DNA from: Bacteroidota bacterium
GTDB taxonomy: Bacteria; Bacteroidota; Bacteroidia; Bacteroidales; UBA12077
Length of the DNA: 61,720 nt
Reading direction: 5' to 3'
Assembly (NCBI GenBank): GCA_042584405.1
Contig: JBHOSR010000003.1
Location: 1 to 61,720 of the forward strand
Numbering within the stretch: position 1 is the stretch's first letter; the number at the start of each line of letters is the position of its first letter. Below are positions 7,339 to 15,476 of the stretch, piece by piece. The translations under genes were made by a program, and so were the position numbers. The notes beneath the pieces were generated by a model. The model was not told the origin of the DNA and ran no database searches. It saw only the letters and a program-made list of their open reading frames with translations.

Positions 7339-9495
7339 TTAATCAACGAAAGTTAACTCATCTACAATACGTTGCGCGCCCATGAATTTCTCCAAAAGCC
7401 ACATAATGTATTTAATGTCGGTACAAACCGTTTTTGACATTTCTTCTTCAAATTCAATATCACCAGTCATTCCTTCCCAGTTGCTATCAAATGCAAGACC
7501 AATTAATTCTCCTTTACCATTCATAACAGGACTTCCTGAGTTACCTCCTGTAATATCGTTATTGGTGGTAAAACAAACATACATTTCGTCATCATAAGCA
7601 TATCTCCCATAATCCCTTGCTTCGTATAATTGCTTAATCTTGTCTGGAACAATAAACTCATAATTAGTTGGATCTTCTTTTTCCATTACACCAGTTAGTG
7701 TTGTATAATACTTATAACTCACTCCATCACGAGGACTATACCCTCCTACTTTACCATAAGTAAGTCGCATGGTAAAATTTGCATCAGGATAAAAAATTCC
7801 ATCATCATTCATTTCCATAACTCCTTGTATAAATAAACGTTGACCCTTTGCTAGCTGCTCATCATAGTTCCTTGATTGAGCAAATAAGTTATTATATTTA
7901 GCTCTAACTGATAAAGCTAATTGCAAAATAGGATCTTCAGCTAAAACTTTGCTCTTTGGATCTTTTATAAAATTATTAAAAGCATCTTCGTTAGCAAAAA
8001 TTGAATTATCATATAAATCTTCCACAAACCTCTCAACATCCTGGTTATATTGCTCCATTGCTGAACTAAAATATTCGGGATAATATTTTGCTTCCAAATC
8101 ATCTTTTAGAATTTGAAAAAGGGCAATTGCAATTTTTTGATCCGTTTCTTTATGATAGTCTCGATAATATCGCTTCCCATAAGAAGCTAATTCTTCTGTT
8201 AAAGCCCTTATTTTTTCTTTATCTCGATCTGATTTATCCTTATTTAACTCCTTAAATAAATCATTTGCTCTGCTTGCAAATCCAACTACTTCAGAGCCAC
8301 GCCTCATAGTTTCGCTTATATACTGACTTGCATTAGCAAATTCTTTTCGTGCAGTATAAGCATCCTCAATAAGTTTTAGAGTTTCTCCATATTTCTTTTC
8401 CCTATCTGCATTTTGCAAAATCCATTGTGTAAATTCTTTCTCTAATTCTGCACGTTGCTCTAGTACATTATTACGTTCAAATCCAGCCATTTGGGCTACA
8501 GAATATTTCCAATAATTACTTGCTCCTTTGTATTTTGCAGCATACATAATTCGATGTGCAGGACTAATAGACATGGTTTCGTTCATGATCTCAAGTTTAG
8601 CACTACGTATTTTTATACGATTAGGATGTTCTATTTCCATCAACTCTTTTATCCCGAATGTTGTCATAAAACGATCGGTAGAACCGGGATTCCCTAAAAT
8701 CATTGCGAAATCATCAGGTTGAACACCTTTTAAAGAAACAGGAAGATGATGTTTCGGTTTTAAAGGTATGTTTTCAGGAGAATATTCTGCAGGTTTACCA
8801 TCAGGACCAGTATATACTCTAAACAGCGAAAAATCAGCTTTATGTCGTGGCCACATCCAATTATCAGTCAAGCTACCAAAGTCACCAATAGATACTGGAG
8901 GATTAGCAACTAATCTAACATCGTAATAAGTTTCATAAATTAATACATAAAATTGATTTCCACCATAATATGATTTAAAAACAGATTGATAATTTGTTCC
9001 TTTAACAGCATCCTTAGCTAATTCTTCTCCTAAAGTTTTTATTTTTTCATTTCTTTCATTCTCACTCATTTCATCTAAAAGCTGACTATTTACATTTTCG
9101 GAAACATCTTCAACCCGAATAAGAAACCTTACAGTTAATCCCGGGTTTGGCAATTCATCCTTTAGCTCTTTTGCCCAAAAACCATCTTTTAAATAATCAT
9201 TCTCAACGGTAGTATGCGATTGCACCTGACGATATCCGCAATGCATATTGGTAAGCAATAATCCCTGGTCAGAAATGATTTCTCCGGTGCATCCTCTACC
9301 AAAAATCACAATAGCGTCTTTCAAGCTCGAATGATTAACATCATAAATTTCTTTGGCTGAAAGTTGCAAACCCATTTCCTGCATTTTTTCAATAGTTACC
9401 TGGTTAAGTAAAAACGGAAGCCACATTCCCTCGTCGGCAAGAGTTAATCGGGCTATTAAGGTAAATAACAATACGAAAACTAATCCTTTTTTCAT
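7339..9495 (-). CDS. S46 family dipeptidyl-peptidase (DPP7/DPP11-like serine peptidase).
   Basis: Signal peptide then ADEGMWLP. Catalytic motifs TNMHCG and GGNSGSPV. About 718 aa. Confidence 0.9.
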   Translation of the reverse strand: MKKGLVFVLLFTLIARLTLADEGMWLPFLLNQVTIEKMQEMGLQLSAKEIYDVNHSSLKDAIVIFGRGCTGEIISDQGLLLTNMHCGYRQVQSHTTVENDYLKDGFWAKELKDELPNPGLTVRFLIRVEDVSENVNSQLLDEMSENERNEKIKTLGEELAKDAVKGTNYQSVFKSYYGGNQFYVLIYETYYDVRLVANPPVSIGDFGSLTDNWMWPRHKADFSLFRVYTGPDGKPAEYSPENIPLKPKHHLPVSLKGVQPDDFAMILGNPGSTDRFMTTFGIKELMEIEHPNRIKIRSAKLEIMNETMSISPAHRIMYAAKYKGASNYWKYSVAQMAGFERNNVLEQRAELEKEFTQWILQNADREKKYGETLKLIEDAYTARKEFANASQYISETMRRGSEVVGFASRANDLFKELNKDKSDRDKEKIRALTEELASYGKRYYRDYHKETDQKIAIALFQILKDDLEAKYYPEYFSSAMEQYNQDVERFVEDLYDNSIFANEDAFNNFIKDPKSKVLAEDPILQLALSVRAKYNNLFAQSRNYDEQLAKGQRLFIQGVMEMNDDGIFYPDANFTMRLTYGKVGGYSPRDGVSYKYYTTLTGVMEKEDPTNYEFIVPDKIKQLYEARDYGRYAYDDEMYVCFTTNNDITGGNSGSPVMNGKGELIGLAFDSNWEGMTGDIEFEEEMSKTVCTDIKYIMWLLEKFMGAQRIVDELTFVD

Positions 9496-9581
9496 TTGTA
9501 TATAATTTTGTTTTAATTTAAATATATCTTATACAATAATAAGAATTCTATTTGATTTTGTAAAGCAGTAAAGGTTTAAAC

Positions 9582-9613
9582 AAAAAGACTCCTGGTTTCC
9601 CAGGAGTCTTTTT
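9582..9613. terminator. Rho-independent terminator, immediately downstream of the small minus-strand ORF at 9637-9801.
   Basis: AAAAA-AGACTCCTGG-tttc-CCAGGAGTCT-TTTTT. Confidence 0.75.
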
Positions 9614-9636
9614 ATTAATTAGGTAAAACAGTTATT

Positions 9637-9801
9637 TTATTTCTTTACATATTTAGCATTTATTTGCTCTAAGTACCGTTTTTTTGCTTTTACAGGGTCA
9701 GCACCAATTGGAATATAAATGGTTGTTTTAAAATCAACTTTAACACTCTGCAATTTATTTAAATCAGGTGATTGAAAGGTATTCGGTTTTTTTTCGTACA
9801 T
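9637..9801 (-). CDS. Candidate small protein, 54 aa (MYEKKPNTFQSPDLNKLQSVKVDFKTTIYIPIGADPVKAKKRYLEQINAKYVKK).
   Basis: Manual translation (below the ORF-track length cutoff). ATG start, and its own strong terminator 24 nt after the stop. No family recognised. Confidence 0.3.
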   Translation of the reverse strand: MYEKKPNTFQSPDLNKLQSVKVDFKTTIYIPIGADPVKAKKRYLEQINAKYVKK

Positions 9802-10404
9802 ACAATTTTTCCCTTCTATTAAATTAATTATTCGTTCTTAACAAAGAACTTTTCAACTATTAAGCTTTATGCATCATTATTTATAATCCGTTCCGAAATC
9901 AAAGGTCCTAAAGAGAAGTAAGCCTGTCTCTGTCTATATTAAGAGATTTTTTATTTACACTCTTTATAGTCGATTTTATAGCTTCTGATATAACATTTAA
10001 CTACCGGAATAATTCAGAACTGCAAAGGTAGTCTAAAATACTGACAATCACTAATTTTATGATGCAATAATTTATCATTCAACTAAATCGTACTGTGTAC
10101 TTAATATACCTCTTTTTTAAAATTGTGTATGAACCTTTCAATAAATTATCTTTTTTGCATAATTCATTTATTTAACCATTTTATATATCAACAATTATTG
10201 TGATTGTGCAATCTGCTGAATATCTGAGCTATAGTTATAAGCATTTCAAAATTTCATTAAAATACCAAAGAATAATATTTCCAATTTAAGTAGCATTTTT
10301 TTATAAAATTGAGTATTTTGCCAAACTATTTAAAAAACTTATTGTCTTATAAGTAATTTTAAAGTTATTTAGGTTAAACATAAAAACTAACGGAGAAACG
10401 AGAG

Positions 10405-11232
10405 ATGGCATGGTATAGCGAAACTACAACCGTTAAGAAAAAATCAAAAAAAGAAATTTGGGTAAAATGTAAAAAATGCCAGTCGTATGTTTACAAATCA
10501 GAATGGGAGAAAAATCTGAATGTTTGCCCAAACTGTAATTTCCACGGTGCTATTACTTCATACGAACGTATTAATCAGTTATTCGATAAAAAAACTTTCG
10601 AAGAACTTTTCAATAATATTAGTCCAACAGATTCACTTAAGTTTGTTGATTTGAAAGGAAGCTATAAAGATAAGTACGAAGCCAATATCAAAAAAACAGG
10701 AATTAACGAAGCAGTTGTTACCGGACATGGTAAAATTAATGGGATTCCGGCCGTAATAGCAGTTATGGATTTTAGATTTTTAGGTGGAAGTCTTGGAAGT
10801 GCAACAGGAGAGAAAATTCTTCAAGCTGCCAACTATGCCTACGATCATAACTTACCGTATATCGTTATATCAGCATCCGGAGGTGCTCGTATGCAAGAAG
10901 GAGCTTTATCCTTAATGCAAATGGCAAAAACATGCGCTGGAGTTGCTCGATTAAACAGAAAGAATATTCCATATATTTCAATTCTAACTAATCCAACAAC
11001 AGGTGGTGTTTCAGCAAGCTACGCTATGATGGGCGACATTAATGTTTCAGAACCCGGAGCTGTAATCGGATTTGCAGGACGAAGAGTAATAGAACAAACT
11101 ATTGGAGAAAAGCTTCCTGATGATTTTCAAACTGCTGAATATTTGCGCGAACATGGATTCGTAGATTCCATAGTTAATCGAAAAGATTTAAAAGATTATT
11201 TAAGCAATGTTCTAAGCTATTATAATCGATAA
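10405..11232 (+). CDS. accD: Acetyl-CoA carboxylase carboxyltransferase subunit beta.
   Basis: N-terminal Zn ribbon CKKC...CPNC. GGSLG and GGARMQEG motifs. Confidence 0.9.
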   Translation: MAWYSETTTVKKKSKKEIWVKCKKCQSYVYKSEWEKNLNVCPNCNFHGAITSYERINQLFDKKTFEELFNNISPTDSLKFVDLKGSYKDKYEANIKKTGINEAVVTGHGKINGIPAVIAVMDFRFLGGSLGSATGEKILQAANYAYDHNLPYIVISASGGARMQEGALSLMQMAKTCAGVARLNRKNIPYISILTNPTTGGVSASYAMMGDINVSEPGAVIGFAGRRVIEQTIGEKLPDDFQTAEYLREHGFVDSIVNRKDLKDYLSNVLSYYNR

Positions 11233-11269
11233 TCTGTAAAAATCCCTCAATTATTTCAAATACCTTATT

Positions 11270-12145
11270 ATGGGACAAAAAACTGATAATATTGCAACTG
11301 AAGAACCAAAGGTGAAAAAAATGAATAAAAAAGCTAAAAAAGAATTAACACCTTGGGAAATTGTTCAAATAAGCAGACATCCTAAAAGACCAATTTTACA
11401 AGACTATATTTCACATATCGTTAACAACTTTGTTGAACTTCATGGCGACAGATGTTTTTCTGATGATATGGCTATGATAGGTGGTTTTGCTGAAATTGGA
11501 GGTCAAAAAATAATGCTTATTGGTCATAATAAAGGTAAAAAGACACATGAAAATATTGCCCGTAACTTCGGAATGGCAAAACCCGATGGTTATAGAAAAG
11601 CTTTGCGCTTAATGAAATTAGCCCAACGTTTTAATGTTCCAATTGTTACCATAATTGATACTCCAGGAGCCTTTCCTGGCCTTGAAGCTGAAGAACGCGG
11701 TCAAGCAGAAGCAATTGCAAAGAACCTTACCGAAATGGCTTCAATTGAAGTACCTATCGTTTGTGTTGTTATTGGTGAAGGAGGTAGTGGCGGTGCTTTA
11801 GGAATTGGTGTTGGCGACAGAATATTAATGTTGTCCAATGCAATATATTCTGTTATCTCACCAGAAGGATGTGCTTCTATTTTATGGCGCGATGCTGCAT
11901 ATGCTCCTGATGCTGCAAAAGCTCTTAATCTTACTGCAAAAGAATTGTTAAAGCATGGTGTGATTGATGAAATTATTGATGAACCAGGTGAAGGAGCTCA
12001 TACCGATGTAAAAGCAATTGCCGAATCAATAAAAAAAGCTGTACTTAAAAATATTAAACCATTACAAAAATTATCTGTTGACGAATTAATTCAAAGCAGA
12101 TTTGAAAAATTCTCAGCAATGGGAAAATTCTCTGTTAATAAATAA
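11270..12145 (+). CDS. accA: Acetyl-CoA carboxylase carboxyltransferase subunit alpha.
   Basis: IIDTPGAFPG, AEERGQAEAIA and GEGGSGGALG motifs. Confidence 0.9.
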   Translation: MGQKTDNIATEEPKVKKMNKKAKKELTPWEIVQISRHPKRPILQDYISHIVNNFVELHGDRCFSDDMAMIGGFAEIGGQKIMLIGHNKGKKTHENIARNFGMAKPDGYRKALRLMKLAQRFNVPIVTIIDTPGAFPGLEAEERGQAEAIAKNLTEMASIEVPIVCVVIGEGGSGGALGIGVGDRILMLSNAIYSVISPEGCASILWRDAAYAPDAAKALNLTAKELLKHGVIDEIIDEPGEGAHTDVKAIAESIKKAVLKNIKPLQKLSVDELIQSRFEKFSAMGKFSVNK

Positions 12146-12158
12146 TTGACTTTTAGTT

Positions 12159-14111
12159 ATGAAAAAAAATACACTAAGAATTACCGATACAACCTTAAGA
12201 GATGGACATCAGTCGCTTTGGGCAACAAGAATGCGCACTAAAGATATTATTGATATTATTGATACTATCGATAAGGTAGGATATTATTCATTGGAAGTTT
12301 GGGGCGGTGCCACCTTTGATGTTTGCCTTCGTTTTCTGCGTGAAAATCCCTGGGATAGATTAAGACAGATAAAAGCAAAAGCTAAAAAGACTCCTCTTCA
12401 AATGTTGTTAAGAGGTCAGAATATTGTAGGATATAAAAATTATCCTGACGATTTAGTGGATCGTTTTGTTGAAACAGCACATGAAAATGGTGTTGATATT
12501 TTCAGAATTTTTGATGCATTGAATGATTCTCGAAATTTAGAAGCTGCAATAAAAGCAGTAAAGAAACATGGTGCTCATGCACAAGGTTCACTTTCCTACA
12601 CCATTAGCCCTGTTCATACCATTGAAAAATTTGTAAGCGACGCAAAAGAACAGGTTCAAATGGGAATCGATTCATTATGTATTAAGGATATGGCAGGATT
12701 ACTTTCACCTACAATGTCAAAAAATTTAATGTCGGCTCTAAAGAAAGAATTAGACATTCCTATTCAGATACATTGCCACGCTACTAGCGGAATGGCTGAA
12801 ACAGCCTATTTAGAAGGCGTAAGAGCCGGTGCTGGTGCTGTTGACTGCGCTATTTCTTCTATGGCAGGATTCTCATCACAACCACCCGTAGAAACTATTA
12901 ACGCAATATTTGCAGAAACCGAATTTGATGTAAACTTAGATTTAGATGCTTTACGAAAAGTAAATAAATATTTTGCTGATTTAACTCCTAAACGCTCAAA
13001 AGGAAGAGGTTATGAACCAATTATTGATTCTGAAATTTTAGTTCACCAGATTCCTGGTGGTATGATTTCAAATTTTCGTTCACAACTTGAACAGCAAGGA
13101 GCAAGTGAAAAATTAAGTGAAGCTCTCGAGGAAGTTACAAAAGTGCGAAAAGATTTAGGATATCCTCCATTGGTAACTCCCACAAGCCAAATTGTAGGAA
13201 CACAAGCAGTAATGAACGTATTAACTGGTGCACGATATAAGGTAGTGCCTCAAGAAGTTAAAAATTATGTAAAAGGAATGTATGGTCGTCCACCTGCTCC
13301 TATTGAACCAAAATTTATTAAGCAAATATTAGGTAAAGAAAAACCTATTGATCACCGTCCTGCTGACGATCTTAAACCAATTCTACCTAATGCAACTAAG
13401 AATGTTGCTGATCCTAAATTAATCGAAAACGAAGAGGACATTTTATCCTACTGTTTATTCCCTGAAGTTTCGATGGAATATTTCAAATGGAGAGCACATG
13501 CGGAAGATAAAAGACCAAAAACTCCTGCTGATATTGAAACGGAAGAATTAGTTAAAGTTCCAGAAGCAGAAAACGTACAGGTTAAAGCAAGCGTTTCAGG
13601 TACCGCGGATCCAATGTTACATCGTGATGATTATGATGGAATGAACGCTATGCTTGAAAAAGCTTCAAGAATGCAAATTAATGAATTGATTATTAGAAAA
13701 GGCGATTTTAATCTTTCAATGCGATCAGGAAATGGTGCTGCAAAAACGCATGTAATTTCTGAAGCGATTGTTGGATCTGCTCATCCGGAAGTTCATGATG
13801 AAGTTAGAGAAGCTGCAGAACCTACAGGCAAAACAGAAGAGAAACCTATCGAAAAAGATACCCAGGAATATAAAGACACCATAGATGCTGTAATGGCTGG
13901 AACTTTTTATCGTTGTCCTTCTTCGGATAAACCACCTTTTGTTGAAGAAGGAACGGTAGTTAATGAAGGCGATCCGATTTGTATTTTAGAAGCGATGAAA
14001 CTTTTCAACGAAATTGAAGCTCCTTTCAAATGTAAAATCCTTAAGATTTTGGTTGAGGATACTAACACGATTACAAAAGGACAATCTCTAATGGCTGTAG
14101 AGAAATTATAA
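12159..14111 (+). CDS. Oxaloacetate decarboxylase alpha / pyruvate carboxylase subunit B-like carboxyltransferase (5S-like), fused to a complete AccB-type biotin carboxyl carrier protein.
   Basis: ITDTTLRDGHQSLWATRMR, CIKDMAG (K176) and HCHATSG motifs. The C-terminal ~155 aa resemble AccB (INELIIRKGDFNLSMRSG ... AGTFYRCPSSDKPPFVEEG ... EAMKLFNEIEAP). Biotinyl-Lys K614 is encoded at nt 13998-14000. Confidence 0.85.
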   Translation: MKKNTLRITDTTLRDGHQSLWATRMRTKDIIDIIDTIDKVGYYSLEVWGGATFDVCLRFLRENPWDRLRQIKAKAKKTPLQMLLRGQNIVGYKNYPDDLVDRFVETAHENGVDIFRIFDALNDSRNLEAAIKAVKKHGAHAQGSLSYTISPVHTIEKFVSDAKEQVQMGIDSLCIKDMAGLLSPTMSKNLMSALKKELDIPIQIHCHATSGMAETAYLEGVRAGAGAVDCAISSMAGFSSQPPVETINAIFAETEFDVNLDLDALRKVNKYFADLTPKRSKGRGYEPIIDSEILVHQIPGGMISNFRSQLEQQGASEKLSEALEEVTKVRKDLGYPPLVTPTSQIVGTQAVMNVLTGARYKVVPQEVKNYVKGMYGRPPAPIEPKFIKQILGKEKPIDHRPADDLKPILPNATKNVADPKLIENEEDILSYCLFPEVSMEYFKWRAHAEDKRPKTPADIETEELVKVPEAENVQVKASVSGTADPMLHRDDYDGMNAMLEKASRMQINELIIRKGDFNLSMRSGNGAAKTHVISEAIVGSAHPEVHDEVREAAEPTGKTEEKPIEKDTQEYKDTIDAVMAGTFYRCPSSDKPPFVEEGTVVNEGDPICILEAMKLFNEIEAPFKCKILKILVEDTNTITKGQSLMAVEKL

Positions 14112-14133
14112 GCTTTAGTATAAATTTATTATT

Positions 14134-14162
14134 AAAAGCCATCTTGATTAGATGGCTTTTTT
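14134..14162. terminator. Bidirectional terminator between convergent operons.
   Basis: AAAA-GCCATCT-tgatt-AGATGGC-TTTTTT. Confidence 0.7.
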
Positions 14163-15456
14163 ACTCTGGTTCATTCAGGAATCCACCTGTCAATCTTGTT
14201 AATGTTGTATTCGAATAAATCAGGTTATAAATGGATTGAAGTTGATTTATTGCTGAGTTTAAATAATTTAACTGTATGTCGCGATAATTAAACGAATTTA
14301 TAGCACCTGACTTAAATTTTTCATCTGCTATTTGAAGATTTAGTTCCGCAGCTTCTAAACTTTCATTAGCTACATTTAAAAGTACTTTTCTCAGATTATA
14401 TGTTTCGTACTCGTTATACAATTGATTTGTTAAACTATGTTTTATTTCCTCCAATTCAACTTGTGTTATTTGCTTGTTAATCTTTGCAATATCAATTGCT
14501 CTTTTTCTGTTTCCAGCAGAAAAAATGTCGTAAGACAAAGTAAGATTTCCATAAGGAGTTAAATCTTCATTGTAAATTTCAGCTTGCCCTTCATTATTTA
14601 TCCATGAATACGAATTATCAACTCCTGCCGATAAACTAACCCTTGGGTATAATGATCCATTTTGAAATCGAATCTCATCTTGTTGTAAAAGCAGATTTGC
14701 ATACTGATTTTGCAGAGTTTGATTATTAGCCATCATTTTGTCCAGCATATCACCTAAAATATATTCTACAGTGTCTGAGCTAAATTCTTCTATAAAATTC
14801 CACACTACAGTTGGCTGTTCCCCTAATATAAAGTTTAGATTACGAATAGCATTTCGAACAACAACTTCCTGGTTTAAATAAGAAGCTTTATCGTCCAAAT
14901 AAATATTCTTAGCCAATAATACATTATAAGTTACAGAGCTCCCTAAGTCGTATTTTGTTTGTTCGTAATCATACCTGTCTTTTGAAAGTTGCATAACTTT
15001 ATTTAAAACATCGAGTCGTTCTTTTTGAAGTAAAATATTGTAGTAACTCATAACAACATCTTGTATTGTATTTTCTACCACAACTGCAGATCGACCTTTC
15101 GATAATTGCTCCAGTTTCTCGAGCTTATCTTTGGTAATATTTACTTTAAATCCGTTGAATAAGGTCCAATTTAATCCAACTCCTCCCGAAATTCGACTAT
15201 TTGCAGAATTATCAATCAAATCCTTACTGTTTGTCGAAGCCACATCAAATCCAATGCTTGGATATCGGCCTGCATTTCCCCACGAATTATTTAGTTCTGC
15301 AATATCAATATCAGATTTTGAAATAATAATTCCATAGTTACTTTCTAAAGCTTTTTCAATAGCACCAGAAAGACTTAATTCACTCTCCTGTGCATTAGTG
15401 AAAATAGTTACTGAAATGAAAATAATTGAAAGAATATATTTTGTAATTGTATTCAT
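14161..15456 (-). CDS. TolC-family outer membrane efflux protein.
   Basis: Signal peptide and two-repeat OEP-like pattern. Co-operonic with RND and MFP genes. Confidence 0.8.
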   Translation of the reverse strand: MNTITKYILSIIFISVTIFTNAQESELSLSGAIEKALESNYGIIISKSDIDIAELNNSWGNAGRYPSIGFDVASTNSKDLIDNSANSRISGGVGLNWTLFNGFKVNITKDKLEKLEQLSKGRSAVVVENTIQDVVMSYYNILLQKERLDVLNKVMQLSKDRYDYEQTKYDLGSSVTYNVLLAKNIYLDDKASYLNQEVVVRNAIRNLNFILGEQPTVVWNFIEEFSSDTVEYILGDMLDKMMANNQTLQNQYANLLLQQDEIRFQNGSLYPRVSLSAGVDNSYSWINNEGQAEIYNEDLTPYGNLTLSYDIFSAGNRKRAIDIAKINKQITQVELEEIKHSLTNQLYNEYETYNLRKVLLNVANESLEAAELNLQIADEKFKSGAINSFNYRDIQLNYLNSAINQLQSIYNLIYSNTTLTRLTGGFLNEPE

Positions 15457-15476
15457 AATTTCATGTTTAAATATGC

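Noticed and set aside
9834-9854. Plus-strand hairpin GTTCTT-aaca-AAGAAC followed by TTTT in the long spacer.
   Set aside because: The stem is only 6 bp and AT-rich, and there is no plus-strand gene upstream to terminate. It is probably fortuitous.
12159-14111. Na+-pumping oxaloacetate decarboxylase alpha subunit.
   Set aside because: No oadB or oadG membrane subunit genes are adjacent. The neighbours are accD and accA, and the carrier domain is AccB-like. The pump interpretation is not excluded genome-wide, but this locus does not support it.
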